59,035 nucleotides of DNA from Chlorobiota bacterium (GCA_013152355.1 JAADGO010000079.1:1-59035); one strand, 5' to 3'. Shown: positions 17,223-27,942, numbered from the stretch's first letter. Notes: generated from the sequence alone by a model not told the origin. Made by a program: numbers and translations.

Positions 17223-18554
17223 TTATTTACTGGCGAATTTATCTTGTGGGTTATCTGCTTTTAATGCCCCCACGAACAACACAGCCGACACCAATAAAAG
17301 AATATAATTGGCCAATGAATAACTTCCTGAATATGAAAAAGAGGTACTGTAGAGCAATGGCCCTAAAGCACTTAAAAAGACGATAATTGACATTACAAAA
17401 CCTGTGACGGCACCCAGGTTATCACGCCCGTAGAACCTTGGCCAGGTAACAGCCATTAAAACATTGTAGGTGCCGCTTGCAATCCCGACACCAATAATTA
17501 CCCCTATTTTAAACACCCCGTTATCCAGGTGGGCTAAACAGATAAAGGCCAATACTTCGCCTATTATCAGTAGGTAAAGCAGGTATTTCAATTTTAATTT
17601 GTCACTTATCCAACCACCAATTAAAGAAACAGAGACGGAAATAAAAGATACCGGCACAAAAATAGCCAGTGCCGAATCACGGCTTAATCCGGCCTCGTCA
17701 AAAATTGAAACAATATTAAATGTCACCCCGGTTATATATAACGCATTTATCCCCAGAGGGATAGCAAACAGCCAGAATGTTGTAGTTTTGCGTGCCTCTT
17801 TCAGGGTAAACTGTTTTAATGCTTTTACAATAATATCTTTTCCTTTATTCCGGTATACTTCGCCATCAGGCACTAACCCCAGGTCTTCGGGGTTGTCGCG
17901 GAAAAATATAAATGCAAAAGCTGTGAAAAATACACCAATAACCCCTCCTAAGATCATCCAGGCCACACGCCACGAATATTCCTGGATAAGCCAATCGAAT
18001 GTTAACGGGGCCAGAGAAAACCCAAAAGCAACAAAAATGGCTGAAATACCGTTAACCAGCCCTCGTCTTGCAATGAACCACTTCATCATCATATTCCTGG
18101 AGACCATGGTAAGTACCCCCTGCCCGGAGAACCTGAGGAAGAAAAAGCCCAGAACCATAACGATGATAGCAATTATGTTATAAGCACTATGGCTTTTATT
18201 ACAGATAAGGGTAATTAATAAATCGGACTGGCTTAAAATAAGCAATACCGAAGCCAGCATAATTGAAGCTCCCATGCTTATCCACCGGGCCCCGTACTTA
18301 TCGTATAGTTTGCCGGCATACGTTAAAGCAAATGAGCTTAAGATAGTCCCTGCGAGGTAGGCAATGCTTAGTTCATCGCGATTAATACCTATCGCGTCAA
18401 TCAGGTAATCGGTAAATGTTGAAACCCCGGTTGTTTGTCCGGGTGCACTTGCCAAAACACCTACTGTCCCGGCAAAAATAATTACCCATCCGTAAAAGAA
18501 AGGGGTGCCATTCGGGGTAAAGGGGAAGTTATTCCAGCGTTGCTTATATCTCAT
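17223..18554 (-). CDS. MFS transporter
   Basis: Multi-TM ORF. The start is set at MRYKQRWNNFPF (ATG 18554-18552) because the longer track ORF (to 18641) runs into the intergenic repeat at 18637-18649. Confidence 0.8.
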   Translation of the reverse strand: MRYKQRWNNFPFTPNGTPFFYGWVIIFAGTVGVLASAPGQTTGVSTFTDYLIDAIGINRDELSIAYLAGTILSSFALTYAGKLYDKYGARWISMGASIMLASVLLILSQSDLLITLICNKSHSAYNIIAIIVMVLGFFFLRFSGQGVLTMVSRNMMMKWFIARRGLVNGISAIFVAFGFSLAPLTFDWLIQEYSWRVAWMILGGVIGVFFTAFAFIFFRDNPEDLGLVPDGEVYRNKGKDIIVKALKQFTLKEARKTTTFWLFAIPLGINALYITGVTFNIVSIFDEAGLSRDSALAIFVPVSFISVSVSLIGGWISDKLKLKYLLYLLIIGEVLAFICLAHLDNGVFKIGVIIGVGIASGTYNVLMAVTWPRFYGRDNLGAVTGFVMSIIVFLSALGPLLYSTSFSYSGSYSLANYILLLVSAVLFVGALKADNPQDKFASK

Positions 18555-18636
18555 TTTGCAAATGTATGGGCAGTGTGCCTTAAAAAAAGAGGGGGGAAGA
18601 GTTAAATTGTAGAATTTAACAATTAGTTTATGCAAT

Positions 18637-18649
18637 TTCAAACAACTTC
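18637..18649 (-). repeat. Near copy (12/13) of the dispersed 13-mer; top strand TTcAAACAACTTC
   Basis: Read directly between the MFS transporter start and the stop of the M49-like gene. Confidence 0.5.
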
Positions 18650-18676
18650 AGTGCCTACTCCTGGCAGGATAAACCT

Positions 18677-20332
18677 TTACTGAAGCCCAAGCACTTCAGC
18701 CCCTTGTTCAAATACAATATCCCTGGGTATCCCGGCCTGGGTAATCCTATCCAGGTCTTTTTGTAGTTGCCCGCGGATAGCCCCTTTTTCCTGTAGCAAC
18801 CGTTTAGCCGCTTCAAAATCGCCATCGCCCTGTATTTTCAGGATCATTTCGGAAAGGCTCAACATAGCATCCTTCATTTTGCCATAATTAACCCTGTATG
18901 TGCCTGTTGCATCATCGCGTTCAAATGCCCCTTTTTCCTGGAAATAATAAAACCTGACCATATTTGCTTTTCCATGTGCGCTGGCAGCGCCAAACCGTAC
19001 CGACCTGAAAATACCAGCCATAAAAGTGACAAAATTATCCATCATGTCTTTATCAGTAAACTCGCCCATTTCGTTGAGTTTATAAATACACCACAACCCC
19101 AATATGTCGGCTTTACCCTCCTCAATTGCAGAATAGGTGTTCTTTAATGCCCCTCTGACTGTTGAACTTTTATCGGAAGTATTCCCCAGCCCCAGTCCGT
19201 GTGCTACTTCATGAAACATTGTATTCTCAAAAAAAGCATCAAATTTTACGTATTTTTGTTGTTCTTTAGCTATCAATAACCTGGAAATCGGAATCAGGAT
19301 CTTATCAAATTTTGCCTGCATTGAGTTTTTTAACTGCAACTTCCTGCTGCCTTTTATTTCCCTGACTTTTTCATCGTTAGGCAGGTTTATGGCAATTGTT
19401 TTACTTCCTGCATTACAATCGCCGGCATAATAAATTGCATCATACACATTTATATCGGTATCAATACCGGGGGTTTCATCTTTATATTTTAATTCGCATG
19501 GCAGGGACTTTTGCAGGGTGGGCAGTACAGCTGTATATTTTTCCAGTTTTTTACTCCAATCTTTATCTTTAATCAGGATAAACGATTCGTGTGCTGCTTT
19601 GTAACCAAACAACTGGTCTTCATAATTCTCAATTGGCCCGATTATAAACTCAATTGTATTATTTTGCATGTCAAGCCAGGCAATATCACTATCGTAATAA
19701 TCATCGGTCAACAATGCAGCTGCCCTTTTCTCCAGGTATACTTTTAGCCCTTTATCTTCTGCTAAACCGGCTGCCTGCCTAATCAAACCAGCTGCTTCTG
19801 AAATCTGCCTTTTAAAAAATTCATGGTATGGTATTGCAGTCAACTTACCCTCCCCGTCACGCCGGATGATGGTATACAAGCTCAATTTTAACGGTTCATC
19901 CCATGCCTCAAATTCTTCTTTTGCCATATCGTGGGGATAAAAATTAGCCCCTGCGGGTTTTGCCCCGAATCCTTTCAGGAAAGGCTTATTATTATTTAAC
20001 CTTTCCCATGGGCCGTAGTTAATCTCTAAGATTTTTTTAACGTATTCATCTGTATTTGATTCAAATAATGCACCTTTGTCCCCATACGCTTCCTGCCAGA
20101 AAATATCATCCATTATTTTTGCCGCACCTAAAAGGAGAGGTAACATTTCTCTTTCCTTTTCTGAAAGCACACTTAAATCGGTTGTCAGCTTAAATGTTGC
20201 AAACTCTTCAACTTTTTGTTTTAACATATTGTTTATGGCCTTATGAGATTCAGTTTTCCCCTGTTTTTCTTTAAAACCACAGCCAGGCAGGCCCAGTAGG
20301 GCAATGATAACGAGCATAAATAGTTTTTTCAT
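18677..20332 (-). CDS. Zn-dependent peptidase/hydrolase of the M49 (DPP III)-like family, lipoprotein
   Basis: 551-aa ORF with lipobox LLGLPGC and metal motifs HEVAHGLG and EEGKADILG. Confidence 0.65.
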   Translation of the reverse strand: MKKLFMLVIIALLGLPGCGFKEKQGKTESHKAINNMLKQKVEEFATFKLTTDLSVLSEKEREMLPLLLGAAKIMDDIFWQEAYGDKGALFESNTDEYVKKILEINYGPWERLNNNKPFLKGFGAKPAGANFYPHDMAKEEFEAWDEPLKLSLYTIIRRDGEGKLTAIPYHEFFKRQISEAAGLIRQAAGLAEDKGLKVYLEKRAAALLTDDYYDSDIAWLDMQNNTIEFIIGPIENYEDQLFGYKAAHESFILIKDKDWSKKLEKYTAVLPTLQKSLPCELKYKDETPGIDTDINVYDAIYYAGDCNAGSKTIAINLPNDEKVREIKGSRKLQLKNSMQAKFDKILIPISRLLIAKEQQKYVKFDAFFENTMFHEVAHGLGLGNTSDKSSTVRGALKNTYSAIEEGKADILGLWCIYKLNEMGEFTDKDMMDNFVTFMAGIFRSVRFGAASAHGKANMVRFYYFQEKGAFERDDATGTYRVNYGKMKDAMLSLSEMILKIQGDGDFEAAKRLLQEKGAIRGQLQKDLDRITQAGIPRDIVFEQGAEVLGLQ

Positions 20333-20354
20333 GAGATTATTTTTGAGTTTACAT

Positions 20355-20362
20355 CAAAACTA
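20355..20362 (-). promoter_or_regulatory. Candidate -7 box (TAGTTTTG on the minus strand) for the M49-like gene
   Basis: Top strand CAAAACTA, 23 nt upstream of the ATG at 20332. No clean -33 TTTG was found. Confidence 0.3.
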
Positions 20363-20486
20363 CAAAAAGAAAGGAATAAAAATGATAACAGATGTCATTT
20401 AGAAGCGGCTATTTAAACTAGGGACATTTCATAAAGTTGTAGACTAAGCATAAACCTTAGAAGCGGTCTAAATTTTAGGGTGCCTC

Positions 20487-20520
20487 AATAAAAAACCCCG
20501 GAGGGAACTCCGGGGTTTTT
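20487..20520 (-). terminator. Rho-independent (bidirectional-looking) terminator after the TPR gene
   Basis: CCCCGGAG-GGAA-CTCCGGGG, an 8-bp GC-rich stem flanked by an A run and a T run. It lies 20 nt downstream of the stop at 20540. Confidence 0.85.
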
Positions 20521-20539
20521 GTATAGGATAAACCTTATT

Positions 20540-21406
20540 TTATAAATTCATATTCCGGTTGCAGGCATCCAACAACTTCTGTGCATTTTTATTCGATGCA
20601 TCAAGTGCTTTAGCTTTCTTCAATACTTCGGCAGCTTTTTTAAATTCAGCCTTAGCTTTTTCCACTTCAGCAGCATAAGCAGCAGCATCTGTTTTTAAAG
20701 CCCCTTCGCTTACCTTCTTATTAGCTACATTCAAAATTTCAACGCCTTGTTTGTATAAGCTGTTGCCTTCAGATACATATAATTTTGCAAGTGCAGACCT
20801 GATTTTACTGTCAGAAGGGAATTTTTCCGCACCTTCAATCAATGTTTGCTTGTACTCATCGTCTTTATTCATTTTTTTCAAAACAACCGCTTTGTAGTAC
20901 AGTGCATTTGCCGCTTTATAACCGGCATCTACCGCTTTTTGGAATAAAACGGCAGCCTTATCATAAATTTTACCTTTATAAGCAGCAATTGCCGCATTAT
21001 AAAAAAGGCTTTTCCCCCCACTTTTGTCGGTTTCGATAGCCTTCTCATAACTTGCAACAGCATTTTTGTACTGCTTTAGTTTTGTATAAGCATTAGCTAT
21101 AAATTCGTGCGACTTAGATATATTGGCGGATGCTTCAATAGCTTTGTTGAAATACTCAATCGCCTCTTGATACTTATTCGCCTGGTAAGCCGCAAAACCA
21201 ACATTATAATTAATTGACGCATCAACCTCAACATCGCCTAAATTATTTAATGCCGATTTGTACAACTCAAACGCTTTTGCATATTCTTTGTTTTTTAAAG
21301 CATCGTTTGCATCGTTAATTTTTTGTGCCGCATCCTGTGCCGATAATGTAAAAACCGACATTACCAGGACACAAATAGCCAAAATCTTTTTCATACCTAA
21401 CTCCAT
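20540..21406 (-). CDS. Secreted tetratricopeptide-repeat protein
   Basis: Repeated TPR-like Y..A...Y.KA motifs. The signal peptide MKKILAICVLVMSVFTLSAQD suggests the true start is the internal ATG at 21394. Confidence 0.8.
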   Translation of the reverse strand: MELGMKKILAICVLVMSVFTLSAQDAAQKINDANDALKNKEYAKAFELYKSALNNLGDVEVDASINYNVGFAAYQANKYQEAIEYFNKAIEASANISKSHEFIANAYTKLKQYKNAVASYEKAIETDKSGGKSLFYNAAIAAYKGKIYDKAAVLFQKAVDAGYKAANALYYKAVVLKKMNKDDEYKQTLIEGAEKFPSDSKIRSALAKLYVSEGNSLYKQGVEILNVANKKVSEGALKTDAAAYAAEVEKAKAEFKKAAEVLKKAKALDASNKNAQKLLDACNRNMNL

Positions 21407-21554
21407 TTTTTATTAATATACTATTCTAATTATTTATATATGTATACGATAGAAGAACTTCAAAAGTAACAATAATGAATTAAAATCCTAAAATAAAAGT
21501 GCATGTTTAAAGGTTTTCAATAAAATTCTTCGCCAAGCCATCGTACGTTATACT

Positions 21555-21567
21555 GAAGTTGTTTAAA
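21555..21567 (+). repeat. Dispersed intergenic 13-mer GAAGTTGTTTAAA (exact)
   Basis: Exact copy between the TPR gene start and the stop of the small TPR gene. Confidence 0.8.
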
Positions 21568-21603
21568 GTCTAAATCACCTTTATTTGCATTGAATATACC
21601 TGC

Positions 21604-21873
21604 CTATGGATTAAACATCTCCGGATTCCAGAAGTTCAATATGTTTTTAATAAATTCAAGTTGTACTTTTGCTTCTTTGTTTTCAGGGTCCAATTCAAGT
21701 ACTTTCTGGCAGGAATTCATTGCTTCGCCCCACAACTGTTTTTTTTGCTTAATTGTGGCATCCAACTGCCAATACAGGCTTGTAGGCTTATCGGAGAAAG
21801 AGCGGAGTAATTCTTCTGCTTCTAAAACCTTACCCTCCTGTATTAGTCCCTTGACCCGTATCAGTATACCCAT
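21604..21873 (-). CDS. Small TPR-like protein (89 aa)
   Basis: A single TPR-like unit (WGEAMNSCQKVLELDPENKEAK). It begins 5 nt downstream of the glycerate kinase stop. Confidence 0.6.
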   Translation of the reverse strand: MGILIRVKGLIQEGKVLEAEELLRSFSDKPTSLYWQLDATIKQKKQLWGEAMNSCQKVLELDPENKEAKVQLEFIKNILNFWNPEMFNP

Positions 21874-21877
21874 CGCC

Positions 21878-22990
21878 CTATTTATTATTAATTTTATTCA
21901 TCAGTAAAGCAATTTGCCCGGCAACCTGGCCAACCAGGGTTTTGGCATCTTTCATTGCAGTTTCAACAGGCATGGGTTTATTGGCGATGGAAAAAATACC
22001 ATCGAATGCAGTGGATGCTTCCATTTCGTATGCCCCGCCAATAGCAATAACCGTTTTCCCCATTTCCCTTGCCCTTTTTGCTACTGCATAAGGGGCTTTG
22101 TTTCCCAGGGTCTGCCCATCAATTTTCCCTTCGCCGGTAACAACCAGGTCGGCCCATTTGATAGCGTCATCAATTTTTAATATATCAAGGATAAAGTCGG
22201 CACCAGGGACTACCCTGGCATTCAAACAGGCAACCAGGCCGGTAGCAATACCGCCTGCGGCACCTGCTCCCGGCATGTTTTGAATATCTTTATCTGAAAA
22301 CTCTTTCAACAAACGCGACCAGTTAGTTAACCCTTTTTCCAGTTCATCGGCCATTTCAGGGGTTGCGCCTTTCTGAGGGCCAAATACGCGGGCTGCGCCG
22401 TTTTCCCCGAGCAACGGGTTCTCTACATCAGAAATAATATTTATACTGATGTTGTGGGCCAGGGGAGTAAACCGGATACTTGAAATCTGCGAAAGAACCT
22501 CTCCATTCCCGGGCAATTCATCTCCGCCAGAGTTAAAGTATTTCGCCCCTAACGCCTGCAACATGCCTGAACCACCGTCAACAGTAGCACTTCCGCCAAC
22601 CCCTAATAAAATATTGGTGCAACCCCTGGAAGCGGCATCCAGGATCAATTCCCCGGTTCCATAACTACTTGCCACCATCGGGTTTAGTTCTTTCTCATCC
22701 AATAACTTCATTCCCGAAACATTTGCCATTTCGATAATTGCGGTGTTGCCTGAAACAGCATACTGCACTGTAATCTCTCTTCCCAGCGGGTCGCGGGCAA
22801 CGGTTTGGATAGTTTCGGCATTTAGGGCCTTGCACAATATCTCCCCTGTTAAATCGCCTCCATCGGCTACAGGGACTTTTTTTACCCTGAATGAACCTGA
22901 AACATCCAGGAAAGCCTTTTCAATTGCATCGGAAAAATCGAATGCATTAAGGCTGCCTTTCATTGAATTTGGAGCGGCCAGTATATTCAT
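21878..22990 (-). CDS. glxK: Glycerate kinase
   Basis: 370-aa ORF with family hallmarks (APNSMKGSL, VADGGDLTGE, GVGGSATVDGGSGMLQALG, LVVTGEGKIDGQT). Confidence 0.85.
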   Translation of the reverse strand: MNILAAPNSMKGSLNAFDFSDAIEKAFLDVSGSFRVKKVPVADGGDLTGEILCKALNAETIQTVARDPLGREITVQYAVSGNTAIIEMANVSGMKLLDEKELNPMVASSYGTGELILDAASRGCTNILLGVGGSATVDGGSGMLQALGAKYFNSGGDELPGNGEVLSQISSIRFTPLAHNISINIISDVENPLLGENGAARVFGPQKGATPEMADELEKGLTNWSRLLKEFSDKDIQNMPGAGAAGGIATGLVACLNARVVPGADFILDILKIDDAIKWADLVVTGEGKIDGQTLGNKAPYAVAKRAREMGKTVIAIGGAYEMEASTAFDGIFSIANKPMPVETAMKDAKTLVGQVAGQIALLMNKINNK

Positions 22991-23049
22991 GCTAATGGTA
23001 TTTCCGTTGTTGCCATGGTTGTCGTTGTTATCATAGTATGTATGTTTTT

Positions 23050-25236
23050 TTAATCGCCTCTGGTAACCGAAGTTACCCCCTTAATATTTCTCAATTTACT
23101 TATTAAAAAATCAAGGTGTTCGAGGTCATGCACAAAAATATTCAGGTTTCCTTCAAATGCCCCATTTTCCGACCGTATATTTATTGTCTGCATCTGAACC
23201 CCTATATCTTTTGCAATCACACTTGATATGTCGGAAATAACCCTGGCTTGGTCAGTCCCTGATATATATAATGATGCAAGGAATGCGTTTTTGTGGGTTG
23301 TTTGTTTCCATTTTGCATTGATTACCCTATATGGGAAACGGTCGATTAACTGATGGGCATTTGGGCAGTTCTTACGGTGGATTTTAATCCCTTCCCCTAC
23401 TGTTACAAAGCCAAAAATCTCATCGCCAAAAACCGGTTTGCAGCATTGCGCCAACTTATAATTTATATCTTTAAGGTTATTGTCGATGTACAAATAGTCT
23501 TCGCTACTTTCAAAAGATAGTTTTTTAATATCATCGCCGGGGAGCAGCTCTTCAACCTTCACTTTTGTCGATTCCTTCTTTTTCTCTACAAAAAGGGCTT
23601 TTATTTCCAACGGTTCAATTTTACCGATAGAAATATTATAATAAAGGTCGACAGCCAGTTTAAATCCGAAATGCCTGAGCATTAGCCTTATAGCCTCATC
23701 GTCAAGTGTAATTTTCCAATTCTTAAACTTCCGGGTAATTATCTCTTTGCCGTTTGCAGCTTCTCGTTTTTTATCTTCGTTCAGGCTGGTCCTGATTTTA
23801 TTTTTTGCCTTTGAAGTAACAACATAATCGAGCCAGTCAATTTTAGGTTTCTGGTTATTGGATATTTCAACCGAAACGTAGTCGCCGTTATTCAGTTTGT
23901 GCTTTAACGTTACTTTTTTGTTGTTGACCATGCCCCCAATGCATTTGTCGCCTAAATCGGAGTGGATATCATAAGCAAAGTCCAGGATTGTGGCTCCTGC
24001 CGATAATTTTTTCAGGTCGCCTTTGGGCGTAAAAACAAAGATCTCGTCTTTATAGGCATTCATTTTGAAATCGTCAATAAAATCAACAATATTCATTTCC
24101 GGGTTTTCCAGGATATCCCTGATCCCGGCCAGCCATTCATCCAATTCTTTACTTTCGTTGCCGCCTTTGTACCTCCAATGGGCAGCAAGTCCTTTTTCAG
24201 CTATTTCGTTCATGCGTTGCGTGCGTATCTGTACTTCTACCCACTTCCCTTGTGGCCCCATTACAGTGGTATGCAGCGACTCGTAACCGTTCGATTTGGG
24301 GATAGTAATCCAGTCGCGCAAGCGTTCGGGGTTAGCCTGGTATTCATCGGTAACTATTGAGTAGACCGACCAGCAATCTGATTTTTCATTCTCAGGAGAT
24401 GAATTTAAAATGACCCTGATGGCAAAAATATCCATCACCTCATCAAACGAAACCTTTTTATTTTTCATTTTATTCCATATAGAAAAGATAGATTTTGTGC
24501 GGGCCTTCATATCAAAATCAAATCCTTTTGAACGGAGTTTCTCTTCGATGGGTTTTACAAATTCAGCAACAAAATTAGCACGTTCGGTTTCGGTTTCGGC
24601 TAAACGCCTGACTACATAATTATAATCATCAGGTTTTTGAAACCGCAGGCATAAATCCTGTAATTCAGAGTTCGCCTTATACAATCCTAACCGGTGTGCC
24701 AGAGGTGCATATAAATGAGAAGTTTCGTTTACCAGGTGTTTCCGATTTTCGGGGTTGTACATATCGAGGTTGCGCATCACTTGCAGGCGGTCGGCAATTT
24801 TAATAATAATAACACGCATATCGCCGGCTAATGCCAGTAAGAGTTTCCTGTAATTTTCAGAATGTAAATCTACAGTATCGGTACCTAAGGCATTTATTTT
24901 AGCCATACCTTCGAGGATTACTGTAACCGGCTCTCCAAACTCCTTCTTAATCACTTCAGGGTCGCCCTTCTGTTCAAGCCCGTAGTACATTACATTGTGC
25001 AGCAACCCTGTAATTACCGAACTTGCCCCCAGCCCTATTTCAGTCGCTATAATATGTGCGACATCTAATGAATGATTAATAATAACCTCGCCATGCGGGA
25101 ATTTTTTATTGCCTAATATTGATTTGCAGTATTCAAATGCTTTTCGAATAGCTGGGATTGCCCCTTTTTCACAAGAGCCCTTGCAATGTTCAATCAACTC
25201 CTCAAATTTCCCTTCTATGCTTTCTTCTGTTTCCAT
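23050..25236 (-). CDS. relA: RelA/SpoT-homolog (p)ppGpp synthetase with a degenerate hydrolase (HD) motif
   Basis: 728-aa ORF. The synthetase motifs are present (DIFAIRVIL, GYESLHTTV, VEVQIRTQRMNEIAEKGLAAHWRYK), as are TGS and ACT-like C-terminal domains. The HD signature reads LLHNVMYYG instead of LLHDVvEDT. Confidence 0.85.
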   Translation of the reverse strand: METEESIEGKFEELIEHCKGSCEKGAIPAIRKAFEYCKSILGNKKFPHGEVIINHSLDVAHIIATEIGLGASSVITGLLHNVMYYGLEQKGDPEVIKKEFGEPVTVILEGMAKINALGTDTVDLHSENYRKLLLALAGDMRVIIIKIADRLQVMRNLDMYNPENRKHLVNETSHLYAPLAHRLGLYKANSELQDLCLRFQKPDDYNYVVRRLAETETERANFVAEFVKPIEEKLRSKGFDFDMKARTKSIFSIWNKMKNKKVSFDEVMDIFAIRVILNSSPENEKSDCWSVYSIVTDEYQANPERLRDWITIPKSNGYESLHTTVMGPQGKWVEVQIRTQRMNEIAEKGLAAHWRYKGGNESKELDEWLAGIRDILENPEMNIVDFIDDFKMNAYKDEIFVFTPKGDLKKLSAGATILDFAYDIHSDLGDKCIGGMVNNKKVTLKHKLNNGDYVSVEISNNQKPKIDWLDYVVTSKAKNKIRTSLNEDKKREAANGKEIITRKFKNWKITLDDEAIRLMLRHFGFKLAVDLYYNISIGKIEPLEIKALFVEKKKESTKVKVEELLPGDDIKKLSFESSEDYLYIDNNLKDINYKLAQCCKPVFGDEIFGFVTVGEGIKIHRKNCPNAHQLIDRFPYRVINAKWKQTTHKNAFLASLYISGTDQARVISDISSVIAKDIGVQMQTINIRSENGAFEGNLNIFVHDLEHLDFLISKLRNIKGVTSVTRGD

Positions 25237-25253
25237 TTAGTAATATTAATATA

Positions 25254-25282
25254 AAAGGCCACCTTTACAGGCAGCCTTTTAT
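25254..25282 (-). terminator. Possible terminator after ferritin
   Basis: The minus-strand RNA AAAAGGCUGCC-UGUAAA-GGUGGCCUUUU forms a stem with two G-U pairs, followed by AU-rich sequence. Confidence 0.35.
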
Positions 25283-25301
25283 AAATATCTTTAAATATAA
25301 A

Positions 25302-25817
25302 TTAACCGGCTGCTGTTGGGTCATTGACAAATACCCGCTGCCTCATTTCGCGGTCGAGCATAAAAATGCCATTTGCCTGGCCGTCAATAAGTTTCAGCGT
25401 ATCTAAAATCTCAGTTACAGTTGCTTCTTCCTCAACCTGCTCATCGATAAACCATTGCAAGAAACTTTTAGTTGCATGGTCGTTTTCTTCAATTGCCACA
25501 TCCATTATCCCGTTAATCATTTCTGTTACCATCTGCTCGTGTTCCAGGGTTTTTTCCCACACCGACAAGGTGCTTTCAAAATCGGAAGGCACCTGTTCAA
25601 TTGCCTTCAACACTACCCTGCTCCCCCTTTCATTAACATAGTTGAAAAATTTTATACTGTGCGCCAGCTCTTCCTGGTATTGGACGAACATCCAGTTGGC
25701 AAACCCGTTTAACCCTTTATTATTAAAATAGGCTGACATTGACAAGTATAAATATGCTGAATAAATTTCAGCATTGATCTGGTTGTTTATTGCATCTAAC
25801 ACTTTTTCTTTCAACAT
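25302..25817 (-). CDS. ftnA: Non-haem ferritin
   Basis: 171-aa ORF with ferroxidase-centre context (EIYSAYLYLSM, QEELAHSIKF, LEHEQMVT). Confidence 0.85.
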   Translation of the reverse strand: MLKEKVLDAINNQINAEIYSAYLYLSMSAYFNNKGLNGFANWMFVQYQEELAHSIKFFNYVNERGSRVVLKAIEQVPSDFESTLSVWEKTLEHEQMVTEMINGIMDVAIEENDHATKSFLQWFIDEQVEEEATVTEILDTLKLIDGQANGIFMLDREMRQRVFVNDPTAAG

Positions 25818-25931
25818 AATCTTGTTTTTTTATGCCCGTTCAAAAATAGGAAATATTGAATAAAATTAAAACTTTGAAACAAACAATATTGGTATAATAT
25901 TTTAGCTTTAAACTTCAGCCGGCAGGGCCGG

Positions 25932-27527
25932 TTATCTTTTTTCAAAATCGGAAGGGTTCACCCACCCGGCATTCATTTTCTCGCCCCGCATGTACCTTTC
26001 ATAAAAATGCCGGCCTGTTTTGTCTGCATACTCGTATTCATCGAAAATATGGCCATGGCCAAACATCCTGGGGTCGCCCTGTTCTTTTAATTCTTTGAAA
26101 AGTTGGGTTTTAAGTTGTTCTTTTAGGCTGGAGTACTCCGGGTCGTTGGCAATGTTATTCATACATTCCCGGTCGGTTTTAATATTGTACAACTCTTCTT
26201 CGGGCCTTTTATCAAACGATAATTCCCATAAATGATGGGTAGCAGGATTATTTCTCCCATTCAGGATAACAGTTTTGGTAGGGCTTCCATCGCAGTTTAA
26301 ATAACCTGTTTCCGGGTTGCCTGCCGGCCACCTGTCGGTTTTGAAATTCTTCACATATAGGAAACCTCCTTTCACAATACCCCTTATTGGGTAGCCCTGG
26401 TCGTGCGGGCGGCCCACATCATGGCGTTCTTTGCCAATTAAAACATGGTCTCTGGCCGAATCTACAACCCCCGGTTCCCCGGCAAACAGGATGTCTGTTA
26501 AGCTCTTCCCCTGAATAGGTTGCATCCCACTTGCCTCACGGGTAACTCCGGCTAGTTCTAAAAAGGTTGGTGCAAAATCAATAAAACTAACCAGGTCGTC
26601 AACAACCCTGCCCGGGTTTTTTATCCCGTCTTTCCACATAATAGCCAGGGGCAGGTGGTTGGAGAGTTCATACTCCTGCCCTTTTATCCTTGGGAAAGGC
26701 ATGCCATTATCAGCGGTTACCACCACCAATGTATTATTCAGCTCCCCTCTTTCTTCAAGTACCTTCAGCATATTTTGCAAATGCTTGTCAAAATATTCTA
26801 TTTCATAGGCATAATCCAACAAGTCGGTTTTAACCGTATCGTTGTTTGGGAAAAATGAGTATACGGAATCGATTTCAGCTATTGATTTGCCACCTTTTTC
26901 AATCCCCGACCTATATTCATAAGCCCTGTGGGGTTCCCTTGAACCGTACCAAAAACAAAAAGGCTCCCCCTGTGGTTTTGAGTCTAAGAAGTCAACAAAA
27001 TTGGCTGTGTAATCATTTATCGACATTTTGTTGGTAGGCGGGGTTGTATTATACTTATTGTAAGGCCTACCCACCAACTGCCTCTTTTTACCATTAATTT
27101 CCCCGGGGACACCAGGAGCCCAGCCTTTGGCAGTGTACCCCACATGATATCCATTCTCGCCCAGTGTTTCGGCGTAGGTTTTAAATTTCTGAGGGAAGTA
27201 ACACCAATGGTTGGCTGCTTCCTCCAACTGCCACGAGTTACGCCCGGTTATAATGCAGGCGCGCGAAGGGGCACACTTAGCATTTGGCGTATAGGCATTT
27301 TTGAACAAAATCCCTTCTTTTGCAACTCTATCAAATGCCGGTGTTTTGACCCAACTGCATCCATAAGCCCCCATATGAGGGAATGATGCGTCATCGGCAA
27401 TACAAAATAAGATATTCGGCCTTTTAGGTGAAGGCTTCCTTTTAATATTGCTATTACACGAAACCAGGGTAGCAAAAATTAATGATGAAACCAATAAACC
27501 AATTAACAACCTTGCATTCTTAGCCAT
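25932..27527 (-). CDS. Sulfatase (S1 family, Cys-type formylglycine), lipoprotein
   Basis: Lipobox [22 protein letters not shown], the C-x-P-S-R motif in [14 protein letters not shown], and ADNG. Confidence 0.85.
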   Translation of the reverse strand: MAKNARLLIGLLVSSLIFATLVSCNSNIKRKPSPKRPNILFCIADDASFPHMGAYGCSWVKTPAFDRVAKEGILFKNAYTPNAKCAPSRACIITGRNSWQLEEAANHWCYFPQKFKTYAETLGENGYHVGYTAKGWAPGVPGEINGKKRQLVGRPYNKYNTTPPTNKMSINDYTANFVDFLDSKPQGEPFCFWYGSREPHRAYEYRSGIEKGGKSIAEIDSVYSFFPNNDTVKTDLLDYAYEIEYFDKHLQNMLKVLEERGELNNTLVVVTADNGMPFPRIKGQEYELSNHLPLAIMWKDGIKNPGRVVDDLVSFIDFAPTFLELAGVTREASGMQPIQGKSLTDILFAGEPGVVDSARDHVLIGKERHDVGRPHDQGYPIRGIVKGGFLYVKNFKTDRWPAGNPETGYLNCDGSPTKTVILNGRNNPATHHLWELSFDKRPEEELYNIKTDRECMNNIANDPEYSSLKEQLKTQLFKELKEQGDPRMFGHGHIFDEYEYADKTGRHFYERYMRGEKMNAGWVNPSDFEKR

Positions 27528-27942
27528 AATCCTGATGTTTTTTAAGGAAACTTCTAATTGTTTTTATACAAAACTATACTTTATTCTAAATTTTTAAAGG
27601 AAAACACAATAATAATGCTTTGCCTATATAATTTTAACCGGGTTTTTGTGAAAAATCTTTTTTTTTGCCTGCCGATTCAGTATTTTATTAAAAATTAAAT
27701 TAAAAGAAATTCTTAAATAGAAGGGAATCAATAATTTATAATACTTAGGAAAAGACAAAAATACCCAATTGTAGAATTCATATCCGGGAATCATTTTCCC
27801 AAAATGAGAAATTCCCCACCCTAAAAGCAATGTCAAAAACAACTGTATATCAACACATTAAACTTTACGGAATAATTATGGTAGTTAGGAAGTGCTAAAT
27901 TAGAGTTAAAATAAACATCTCTATTGAGGAAATTGTTCTTTT

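Noticed and set aside
17599-18183. The 194-aa plus-strand ORF
   Set aside because: It lies antisense within the MFS transporter gene and is a typical shadow ORF of a hydrophobic protein gene.
27624-27842. The 72-aa minus-strand ORF in the long intergenic region
   Set aside because: It is very AT-rich, its Phe/Leu/Ile/Lys-biased translation is what random AT-rich DNA would give, and it has no clear start context. I treat the region as a non-coding leader.
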